Shown here one piece after another: positions 1 through 7,068 of a stretch of 7,847 bases of DNA. The stretch's first letter is position 1, and each line of letters starts with the position of its first letter. A program made the position numbers and the translations under genes. Source of the stretch: a virus (taxonomy: Duplodnaviria; Heunggongvirae; Uroviricota; Caudoviricetes); IMG/VR virus record IMGVR_UViG_2671180338_000002, positions 1 through 7,847 of that record; one strand, given 5' to 3'. The notes under the pieces were generated by a model. That model was not told the origin of the DNA and made no database searches. It worked only from the letters and a program-made list of their open reading frames with translations.

Positions 1-1
1 G

Positions 2-109
2 GCGAATTACCGTCTTATATCACTGGCGCTGACATCTCCGGATGACGGGGGCAGCTGTTATCTCTGGCTCAACCGTGGGCAACCACCCGCAGTTAACCGG
101 CGACGATAA
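2..109 (+). CDS. FII: Head-tail joining protein FII, C-terminal fragment (5' end lies outside the window)
   Basis: Reading frame from position 2 translates to ANYRLISLALTSPDDGGSCYLWLNRGQPPAVNRRR then TAA at 107-109; this resembles the C-terminus of lambda gpFII as I recall it (SPDDGGSC..LW..PPAVNRRR) and sits immediately upstream of Z as in lambda. Confidence 0.7.
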   Translation, partial: ANYRLISLALTSPDDGGSCYLWLNRGQPPAVNRRR

Positions 110-123
110 ACGCAGGGTGAATT

Positions 124-699
124 ATGGCGATAAAAGGGCTTGATCAGGCGATTGACAATCTGAACCGGGTTCGTAAAAACGCCATTCCGGCTGCTTCTGC
201 AATGACCATTAACCGCGTGGCCACAACGGCGATTAATCAGTCTTCGTCACAGGTTGCCCGGGAAACCAGGGTGAGACGGAAACTGGTAAAGGAACGGTCC
301 AGACTGAAACGGGCGACGGTCAGAAATCCGAATGCCAGAATTATCGTTAACCGCGGTGATCTCCCTGTGATTAAGCTGGGGATCAGAATGCTGGGGCGTC
401 GTCCGAACAGCATACTCAAAGCCGGTCAGCATCGTTATCAGCGGGCATTTATCCAGCGATTAAATAATGGGCGCTGGCATGTTATGCAACGTCTTCCCCA
501 GGCCAGATATGAGGAGGGCAATGACGACAAGGGAAGGAAAAAGCGTAATCGCCTTCCCATTCAGGTGGTGAAAATCCCGATGGCGGCCCCACTGAAACAG
601 GCATTTGATGAGAATGTTGACCGTATCCGGCGTGAACGCCTGCCTAAAGAACTGGCATACGCGCTGAAACAACAACTGAGGATTGCGATAAAACGATGA
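124..699 (+). CDS. Z: Tail completion protein Z
   Basis: 191-aa ORF starting MAIKGL.., ending ..[19 protein letters not shown]; recognisable as a lambda gpZ homologue; G-rich Shine-Dalgarno-like stretch (cagggtg) upstream; stop TGA overlaps the U start (ATGA at 696-699). Confidence 0.88.
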   Translation: MAIKGLDQAIDNLNRVRKNAIPAASAMTINRVATTAINQSSSQVARETRVRRKLVKERSRLKRATVRNPNARIIVNRGDLPVIKLGIRMLGRRPNSILKAGQHRYQRAFIQRLNNGRWHVMQRLPQARYEEGNDDKGRKKRNRLPIQVVKIPMAAPLKQAFDENVDRIRRERLPKELAYALKQQLRIAIKR

Positions 700-1091
700 A
701 ACACACTGACATTCGTGCCGCAGTGCTGGATGCACTCAAGCAGCATGAACACGGGGCGACGCTGTTTGATGGTCGCCCCGTTGTTTTTGACGAAGAGGAT
801 TTTCCTGCGATCGCGGTTTATCTGACGGATGCAGAGTATACCGGTGAAGAGCTGGATGCAGATACCTGGCGGGCCACACTGCATATTGAGGTGTTTTTAC
901 CGGCACAGGTACCTGATTCGGAGCTCGATCAGTGGATGGAAAGCCGGATTTATCCGGCGATGACTGCGATCCCTGCACTGGCAGGACTGATTACCACGAT
1001 GGTTACGCAGGGCTATGAGTATCGTCGTGATGACGATATGGCGTTATGGAGCTCTGCGGATCTGACTTATTCCATTACATACGAGATGTGA
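696..1091 (+). CDS. U: Tail terminator protein U
   Basis: 131-aa [17 protein letters not shown]...[17 protein letters not shown]...[14 protein letters not shown], recognisable as lambda gpU; start overlaps Z stop; position between Z and V. Confidence 0.9.
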   Translation: MKHTDIRAAVLDALKQHEHGATLFDGRPVVFDEEDFPAIAVYLTDAEYTGEELDADTWRATLHIEVFLPAQVPDSELDQWMESRIYPAMTAIPALAGLITTMVTQGYEYRRDDDMALWSSADLTYSITYEM

Positions 1092-1098
1092 GGACGAT

Positions 1099-1851
1099 AT
1101 GGCAACACCAAATCCCCTGGAGCCGGTAAAAGGTGCCGGTACCACTCTGTGGGTTTACAACGGCAAGGCTGATGCTTATGCAAACCCGTTGTCAGACGAT
1201 GACTGGCAGCGACTGGCTAAGGTGAAGGATCTGACGCCGGGCGAGATGACGGCTGAATCCTATGATGATAACTACCTGGATGATGAAGACGCGGACTGGA
1301 GCGCGACCGGGCAGGGGCAGAAATCTGCAGGTGATACCAGTTTTACGCTGGCCTGGAAACCGGGAGAGGAAGGCCAGAAAGGGCTTATAGGCTGGTTTGA
1401 AAGCGGCGATGTCCGGGCCTATAAAATCCGTTTTCCGAATGGCACGGTGGATGTGTTTCGTGGCTGGGTCAGCAGTATCGGTAAGGCCGTGACGGCGAAA
1501 GAAGTGATCACCCGCACGGTGAAAGTCACTAACGTGGGTAAACCTTCTGTAGCGGAAGAACGCAGCAAAATTACGCCGGTCAGTGCGATTAAGGTGACGC
1601 CGACATCCGGTACGGTGGCAAAAGGGAAAACAACCACCCTGACGGTTTCTTTTGAGCCGGAAAGTGCAACCGACAAGACGTTCAGAGCGGTTTCCGCCGA
1701 TCCGTCGAAAGCCACCATTAGTGTGAAAGATATGACAATTACGGTAAACGGCGTGGCGACAGGTAAGGTGCAGATCCCTGTGGTGAGCGGAAATGGTCAG
1801 TTCGCCGCAGTGGCTGAAGTCACCGTTACTGAAGCGGGCGCTGCAGGGTAA
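1099..1851 (+). CDS. V: Major tail tube protein V with C-terminal Ig-like domain
   Basis: 250-aa ORF with ..[66 protein letters not shown].., recognisable as lambda gpV; GAGGA SD 6-7 nt upstream; the C-terminal ~90 aa ([20 protein letters not shown]...[10 protein letters not shown]) look like a Big_2-type Ig-like domain. Confidence 0.92.
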   Translation: MATPNPLEPVKGAGTTLWVYNGKADAYANPLSDDDWQRLAKVKDLTPGEMTAESYDDNYLDDEDADWSATGQGQKSAGDTSFTLAWKPGEEGQKGLIGWFESGDVRAYKIRFPNGTVDVFRGWVSSIGKAVTAKEVITRTVKVTNVGKPSVAEERSKITPVSAIKVTPTSGTVAKGKTTTLTVSFEPESATDKTFRAVSADPSKATISVKDMTITVNGVATGKVQIPVVSGNGQFAAVAEVTVTEAGAAG

Positions 1852-1864
1852 ACGGAGGTAATAC

Positions 1865-2296
1865 ATGTTTCTGAAAACAGAACAATTTGAATATAACGGT
1901 GTGTCTGTCACGCTTTCCGAATTGTCTGCGCTGCAGCGTATCAAGCATCTTGCCCTCCTGAAACGGCGTGCAGAACAGGCAGAATCCAGCGGCAACCTGC
2001 AGGTAAGCGTGGAAGATCTCGTCAGAACCGGCGCGTTTCTGGTGGCGATGTCCCTGTGGCATAACCATCCACAGAAAACGCAGTCACCGTCAATGAATGA
2101 GGCCGTGATGAAGATAGAGCAGGAAGTGCTCACCACCTGGCCTGCCGATGCCATTGCCCGGGCGGAAGACGTGGTGTTGTGCCTGTCCGGGATGATCGAA
2201 GCTGTTCGTCCGGATACTGATATTACTGAAGTGGCGAAAAATAACACGCTGACTGATGATGATTTTTCTGCGGGAAAGTCTTCGACGGCGAGCTGA
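1865..2296 (+). CDS. G: Tail assembly chaperone G (zero-frame product)
   Basis: 143-aa ORF MFLKTEQFEYNGVSVTLSELSALQRIKHLALLKRRAEQAE...AMSLWHNHPQKTQSPSMNEA.., recognisable as lambda gpG; GGAGG SD upstream; contains the in-frame slippery heptamer G GGA AAG near its 3' end. Confidence 0.9.
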   Translation: MFLKTEQFEYNGVSVTLSELSALQRIKHLALLKRRAEQAESSGNLQVSVEDLVRTGAFLVAMSLWHNHPQKTQSPSMNEAVMKIEQEVLTTWPADAIARAEDVVLCLSGMIEAVRPDTDITEVAKNNTLTDDDFSAGKSSTAS

Positions 2297-2736
2297 ACTT
2301 TGCCCTCAGACTGGCGCGTGAGATGGGGAGACCCGACTGGCGCGCCATGCTTGCCGGGATGACATCCACCGAATATGCCGACTGGCGCCGTTTTTACCGC
2401 ACGCATTATTTTCAGGATACCCAGCTGGATATGCATTTTTCCGGGCTGACGTACGCTGTACTCAGCCTGTTTTTTTGCGATCCGGATATGCATCCCTCTG
2501 ATTTCAGTCTGCTTGTCCCCCGGCATGAGGAAGAGCAGGTGGAGAGGCCGGATGAGGACAAAATGCTGATGCAGAAAGCGGCAGGACTTGCCGGAGGCGT
2601 CCGGTTCGGTGGGGACGGAGGGCGCGATATTTTATCGTCTGCGGATGTGGCGGATGTCATGGTGGATGATGCCGCATTAATGATGGCTTCAGCGGGGATT
2701 CCGGGAGGTGTGAGATATGTCCCAGCCGGTTGGTGA
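1865..2736 (+). CDS. GT: Tail assembly chaperone G-T fusion made by programmed -1 ribosomal frameshift at 2272-2278; the T-frame part is read from 2278 to the stop at 2734-2736
   Basis: Slippery sequence GGGAAAG at 2272-2278 is in the G frame as G GGA AAG; the -1 frame continues VFDGELNFALRLAREMGRPDWRAMLAGMTSTEYADWRRFY...GGVRYVPAGW, which I recognise as lambda gpT. The T frame has no independent in-context start before 2323. Confidence 0.85.
2272..2278 (+). promoter_or_regulatory. -1 programmed ribosomal frameshift slippery heptamer (G GGA AAG)
   Basis: Exact X XXY YYZ heptamer in the G zero frame, 6 codons before the G stop, with an open -1 frame downstream encoding the T homologue. Confidence 0.85.
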
Positions 2737-5290
2737 TCTTGTTATTGACCTGAGTCTGGATGCTGTCCGTTTCGATGAGCAGATGAGCCGGGTAAGGCGT
2801 CATTTTTCAGGTCTGGATACCGACGCCAGAAAAACCGCCAGTGCTGTTGAACAGGGCCTGAGCCGCCAGGCGCTGGCTGCACAAAAAGCCGGGATTTCCG
2901 TCGGGCAGTATAAAGCGGCCATGCGAACCCTGCCCGCACAGTTTACGGATATCGCCACGCAGCTTGCCGGTGGTCAGAATCCCTGGCTGATCCTGCTGCA
3001 ACAGGGCGGTCAGGTGAAGGACTCCTTCGGCGGGATGATCCCCATGTTCAGGGGGCTTGCCGATGCGATCCCCCTGCCGATGGTCGGGGTCACCTCGCTG
3101 GCGGTGGCGACAGGTGCACTGGTGTACGCCTGGTACCAGGGAGATTCCACGCTTTCAGCGTTTAATAAAACCCTGGTTCTTTCCGGTAATCAGTCCGGAC
3201 TGACTGCCGATCGTATGCTGACTCTCTCAAGAGCCGGGCAGGCAGCAGGGCTGACGTTTAACCAGGCGAGAGAGTCACTGGCAGCCCTGGTGAATGCCGG
3301 TGTGCGTGGTGGTGAACAGTTTGATGCCATCAACCAGAGTGTCGCGCGTTTTGCGTCTGCATCCGGTGTGGAGGTGGATAAAGTCGCTGAAGCCTTCGGG
3401 AAGCTGACCACTGACCCGACGTCGGGACTGATGGCGATGGCGCGCCAGTTCCGTAACGTGACGGCAGAGCAGATTGCGTATGTTGCACAGCTGCAGCGTT
3501 CCGGAGACGAGGCCGGGGCATTGCAGGCGGCGAACGATATCGCCACGAAAGGCTTTGATGAGCAGACCCGTCGCCTGAAAGAAAACATGGGAACACTGGA
3601 GACCTGGGCGGATAAAACAGGGAAGGCATTCAAATCGATGTGGGATGCCATTCTGGATATCGGTCGTCCGGAATCCTCAGCGGATATGCTCGCCAGTGCG
3701 CAGAAGGCATTTGATGAGGCGGATAAAAAATGGCAGTGGTACCAGAGTCGGAGCCAGCGCCGCGGTAAAACCTCCTCTTTCCGGGCCAACCTTCAGGGCG
3801 CATGGGATGACCGGGAAAATGCCCGTCTGGGTCTGGCAGCGGCAACGCTGCAGTCGGATATGGAAAAAGCCGGTGAACTGGCGGCAAGGGACAGGGCTGA
3901 GCGTGAGTCGTCACAGCTGAAGTATACCGGAGAGGCGCAGAAGGCGTATGAGCGCCTGCTGACGCCACTGGAGAAATATACCGCCCGGCAGGAAGAGCTG
4001 AATAAGGCCCTGAAAGACGGGAAAATCCTGCAGGCGGATTACAACACGCTGATGGCGTCGGCAAAAAAGGATTATGAGTCGACGCAGAAAAAGCCGTCCG
4101 GTGTGAAGGTGTCTGCCGGTGAGCGCCAGGAAGACCAGGCGCATGCAGCCCTGCTGGCGCTTGAAACTGAGCTCAGGACGCTGGAGAAGCACAGCGGTGC
4201 GAATGAAAAAATCAGCCAGCAGCGCCGTGATTTATGGAAAGCGGAAAATCAGTATGTGGTCCTGAAAGAGGCCGCCACGAAACGGCAGTTATCTGAGCAG
4301 GAAAAATCCCTGCTGGCCCATGAGAAAGAAACGCTGGAGTACAAACGCCAGCTGGCTGAGCTGGGCGACAAGATTGAACACCAGAAACGGCTGAATGAGC
4401 TGGCACAGCAGGCGGCGCGGTTTGAACAGCAGCAGAGCGCGAAGCAGGCGGCAATCAGCGCAAAAGCCCGCGGACTCACCGACCGTCAGGCGCAGCGGGA
4501 GTCGGAAGAGCAGCGCCTTCGTGAGGTGTACGGTGATAATCCGGCTGCGCTGGCGAAGGCCACATCTGCACTGAAGAACACCTGGTCTGCGGAGGAGCAG
4601 CTTCGTGGAAGCTGGATGGCCGGGATGAAGTCCGGCTGGGGCGAGTGGGCGGAAAGTGCGACGGACAGTTTTTCGCAGGTTAAAAACGCGGCCACGCAGA
4701 CCTTTGACGGTATTGCACAGAATATGGCAGCGATGCTGATCGGCAGCGAACAGAACTGGCGTGGTTTCACCCGTTCTGTGCTGTCCATGCTGACAGAGAT
4801 TTTTCTGAAGCAGGCGATGGTGGGGATAGTCGGGAGTATCGGCAGCGCCATTGGCGGTGCTTTCGGTGGTGGTGCGTCTGCCTCCACGGGGACGGCCATT
4901 CAGGCTGCGGCGGCGAACTTCCATTTCGCGACCGGGGGATTTACGGGGACGGGGGGTAAATATGAACCTGCGGGGATTGTTCATCGCGGGGAGTTTGTCT
5001 TCACGAAGGAGGCGACCAGCCGGATTGGTGTCGGCAATCTGTACCGCCTGATGCGGGGCTATGCGGAAGGTGGTTATGTCGGCGGTGCCGGAAGTCCGGC
5101 GCAGATGCGGCGGGCGGAAGGCATTAATTTTAATCAGAACAATCACGTGGTGATTCAGAACGACGGCCCCAACGGGCGGGCAGGGCCGCAGCTGATGAAA
5201 GCGGTGTATGAGATGGCCCGCAAGGGGGCACAGGATGAACTCCGGCTGCAGTTGCGTGATGGCGGTATGTTATCAGGGAGCGGTGGATGA
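2717..5290 (+). CDS. H: Tail tape measure protein H
   Basis: 857-aa ORF MSQPVGDLVIDLSLDAVRFDEQMSRVRRHFSG...; long alpha-helical/coiled-coil middle region rich in Q/E/K/R/A, Gly-rich hydrophobic C-terminal segment; recognisable along its length as lambda gpH; GGGAGG SD 8 nt upstream; start lies 20 nt inside the end of the T frame. Confidence 0.95.
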   Translation: MSQPVGDLVIDLSLDAVRFDEQMSRVRRHFSGLDTDARKTASAVEQGLSRQALAAQKAGISVGQYKAAMRTLPAQFTDIATQLAGGQNPWLILLQQGGQVKDSFGGMIPMFRGLADAIPLPMVGVTSLAVATGALVYAWYQGDSTLSAFNKTLVLSGNQSGLTADRMLTLSRAGQAAGLTFNQARESLAALVNAGVRGGEQFDAINQSVARFASASGVEVDKVAEAFGKLTTDPTSGLMAMARQFRNVTAEQIAYVAQLQRSGDEAGALQAANDIATKGFDEQTRRLKENMGTLETWADKTGKAFKSMWDAILDIGRPESSADMLASAQKAFDEADKKWQWYQSRSQRRGKTSSFRANLQGAWDDRENARLGLAAATLQSDMEKAGELAARDRAERESSQLKYTGEAQKAYERLLTPLEKYTARQEELNKALKDGKILQADYNTLMASAKKDYESTQKKPSGVKVSAGERQEDQAHAALLALETELRTLEKHSGANEKISQQRRDLWKAENQYVVLKEAATKRQLSEQEKSLLAHEKETLEYKRQLAELGDKIEHQKRLNELAQQAARFEQQQSAKQAAISAKARGLTDRQAQRESEEQRLREVYGDNPAALAKATSALKNTWSAEEQLRGSWMAGMKSGWGEWAESATDSFSQVKNAATQTFDGIAQNMAAMLIGSEQNWRGFTRSVLSMLTEIFLKQAMVGIVGSIGSAIGGAFGGGASASTGTAIQAAAANFHFATGGFTGTGGKYEPAGIVHRGEFVFTKEATSRIGVGNLYRLMRGYAEGGYVGGAGSPAQMRRAEGINFNQNNHVVIQNDGPNGRAGPQLMKAVYEMARKGAQDELRLQLRDGGMLSGSGG

Positions 5291-5616
5291 AAACCTTTCG
5301 CTGGAAAGTGAAGCCGGATATGGAGGTGAACTCGCAGCCATCGGTGCGTGAAGTGCGTTTTGGTGACGGGTACTCACAGCGTATGGCGGCAGGGCTGAAT
5401 GCTGACCTGAAAACATACAGGGTGACGCTTTCCGTGACCCGGGAGGAGGCCCGGCATCTGGAAGCGTTCCTGGCAGAGCACGGTGGCTGGAAGGCATTTT
5501 TGTGGAAGCCACCCTATGCATACCGGCAGATAAAGGTGACCTGTGCCGGGTGGTCTGCGCGGGTCGGGATGTTGCGCGTTGAGTTCAGCGCGGAGTTTAA
5601 GCAGGTGGTGAACTGA
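5287..5616 (+). CDS. M: Tail tip assembly protein M
   Basis: 109-aa ORF MKTFRWKVKPDMEVNSQPSVREVRFGDGYSQR...WKPPYAYRQIKVTCAGWSARVGMLRVEFSAEFKQVVN, recognisable as lambda gpM; start overlaps H stop (ATGA). Confidence 0.9.
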   Translation: MKTFRWKVKPDMEVNSQPSVREVRFGDGYSQRMAAGLNADLKTYRVTLSVTREEARHLEAFLAEHGGWKAFLWKPPYAYRQIKVTCAGWSARVGMLRVEFSAEFKQVVN

Positions 5617-6314
5617 TGCAGGATATTCGCGAAGAAAGTCTGAACGAGTCGGTTAAGTCAGAGCAGTCACCGCGGGTGGTACTCTGGGAAATCGACCTGA
5701 CGGTACAGGGTGGTGAGCGGTATTTTTTCTGTAATGAGCTGAATGAAAAAGGGGAGCCGGTCACCTGGCAGGGGCGTAAGTATGAGGCATACCCGATTGA
5801 CGGCAGCGGCTTTGAGATGAACGGCCGGGGCAGCAGTGCCAGACCGTCGCTGACGGTGTCCAATCTGTTCGGTCTGGTCACCGGGATGGCGGAAGACCTG
5901 CAGAGTCTGGTGGGGGCCACGGTGGTCCGCCGCCGGGTGTATGCCCGTTTTCTGGATGCGGTGAATTTCGTTGCGGGCAATCCGGAGGCGGACCCGGAGC
6001 AGGAGCTGAGTGACCGCTGGGTGGTGGAGCAGATGTCGCAGCTGACAGCCATGACGGCCTCGTTTGTGCTGGCTACACCGACCGAGACGGACGGGGCGCT
6101 GTTTCCCGGTCGCATCATGCTGGCGAACACCTGTATGTGGGATTACCGGGGAGATGAATGCGGGTATAACGGTCCTGCGGTGGCGGATGAGTTCGACAAC
6201 CCCACCACGGATATCCGTAAGGACAGATGCAGCAAGTGCATGCGCGGGTGTGAACTGCGCAGGAATGTCGGCAATTTTGGCGGTTTCCTTTCCATTAATA
6301 AACTTTCGCAGTAA
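5616..6314 (+). CDS. L: Tail tip protein L, with a C-terminal cysteine cluster
   Basis: 232-aa ORF MQDIREESLNE..VVLWEIDLT..GGERYFFCNE..GEPVTWQGRKYEAYPI..FPGRIMLANTCMWDYRGDECGYNGPAVADEFD..CSKCMRGC..VGNFGGFLSINKLSQ, recognisable as lambda gpL; start ATG overlaps M stop (TGATG). Confidence 0.92.
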   Translation: MQDIREESLNESVKSEQSPRVVLWEIDLTVQGGERYFFCNELNEKGEPVTWQGRKYEAYPIDGSGFEMNGRGSSARPSLTVSNLFGLVTGMAEDLQSLVGATVVRRRVYARFLDAVNFVAGNPEADPEQELSDRWVVEQMSQLTAMTASFVLATPTETDGALFPGRIMLANTCMWDYRGDECGYNGPAVADEFDNPTTDIRKDRCSKCMRGCELRRNVGNFGGFLSINKLSQ

Positions 6315-6324
6315 ATCCCGGTTT

Positions 6325-7068
6325 ATGACACAGACTGAATCAGCGATTCTGGCACATGCCCGGCGGTGTGCGCCTGCGGAGTCGTGCGGCTTCGTGATAA
6401 GCACGCCGGAGGGGGAGCGGTATATCCCTTGTGTGAATATTTCCGCAGAGCCGGAGGCGTATTTTCGTATCGCACCGGAAGACTGGCTGCGGGCAGAGAT
6501 GCAGGGGGAGATTGTGGCACTGGTCCACAGTCATCCCGGTGGGCTGCCCTGGCTGAGCGAGGCTGACCGGCGGTTGCAGATAAAAAGCGCACTGCCCTGG
6601 TGGTTGGTCTGCCGGGGTGACATTCACAAATTCCGCTGTGTGCCACATCTGACAGGACGGCGCTTTGAGCACGGGGTGACGGACTGTTACACGCTGTTCC
6701 GGGATGCTTATCATCTGGCGGGGACTGAAATGCCGGATTTTCATCGCGAGGATGACTGGTGGCGCAACGGTCAGAACCTTTACCTGGACAATATGGCGGT
6801 CACCGGCTTTTACCGGGTGCCCCTGTCCTCTGCACAGGCGGGCGATATTCTGCTGTGCTGCTTTGGTGCTTCGGTACCGAACCATGCCGCCATTTACTGC
6901 GGCAACGGTGAGCTGCTTCACCATCTGCCTGAACAACTGAGTAAACGGGAGAGGTATTCCGAAAAATGGCAACGACGAACGCATTCAGTCTGGCGTCACC
7001 GCCACTGGCACGCATCTGCCTTCACGGGGATTTACAACGATTTGGCCGCCGCCTCAGCCTGTATGTGA
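6325..7068 (+). CDS. K: Tail tip assembly protein K, predicted JAB/MPN (JAMM) plus NlpC/P60 two-domain protein; start codon uncertain (longest in-context ORF given; an internal ATG at 6499 is the alternative)
   Basis: ORF in frame from the ATG at 6325 just after the L stop; contains the JAMM-like motif HSHPGGLPWLSEAD (6526-6567) and a downstream Cys (GVTDCYTLF, Cys codon 6685-6687) and His (PNHAAIY) typical of NlpC/P60 papain-like peptidases; recognisable as a lambda gpK homologue. No clear SD before 6325. Confidence 0.82.
   Translation: MTQTESAILAHARRCAPAESCGFVISTPEGERYIPCVNISAEPEAYFRIAPEDWLRAEMQGEIVALVHSHPGGLPWLSEADRRLQIKSALPWWLVCRGDIHKFRCVPHLTGRRFEHGVTDCYTLFRDAYHLAGTEMPDFHREDDWWRNGQNLYLDNMAVTGFYRVPLSSAQAGDILLCCFGASVPNHAAIYCGNGELLHHLPEQLSKRERYSEKWQRRTHSVWRHRHWHASAFTGIYNDLAAASACM

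Noticed and set aside
1192-2526. 444-aa minus-strand ORF antisense to V, G and T
   Set aside because: Lies entirely antisense to three confidently assigned tail genes; the translation is Arg/Cys/His-rich low-complexity sequence typical of antisense frames of GC-rich coding DNA; no start context.
2323-2736. Independent T ORF starting at the ATG at 2323
   Set aside because: No convincing ribosome-binding site, and the T-frame reading is open and homologous upstream of 2323 back to the slippery site; in lambda the T frame is expressed only as the G-T fusion.
3645-4192. Short plus- and minus-strand ORFs (91 aa, 93 aa and others) nested within H
   Set aside because: Out-of-frame or antisense to the tape measure gene, with no independent evidence; judged to be chance open frames.
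4289-5146. 285-aa minus-strand ORF (and nested 137-aa and 144-aa ORFs) antisense to H
   Set aside because: Antisense to the tape measure gene; Arg/Pro-rich composition; an open antisense frame is expected from the repetitive GC-rich codon usage of H.
6064-6324. Upstream extension of the K frame (334-aa ORF on the track starting at 6064)
   Set aside because: This portion overlaps the 3' part of L in another frame and reads as Arg/Cys/Trp-rich non-protein-like sequence; the ATG at 6325, just after the L stop, is the first plausible start.
5667-6404. 245-aa minus-strand ORF antisense to L and the start of K
   Set aside because: Antisense to L, which is confidently assigned; Arg/His-rich and not recognisable as any protein family.
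6340-6984. 214-aa minus-strand ORF antisense to K
   Set aside because: Antisense to K, whose frame carries recognisable JAMM and NlpC/P60 motifs; the antisense product has none.
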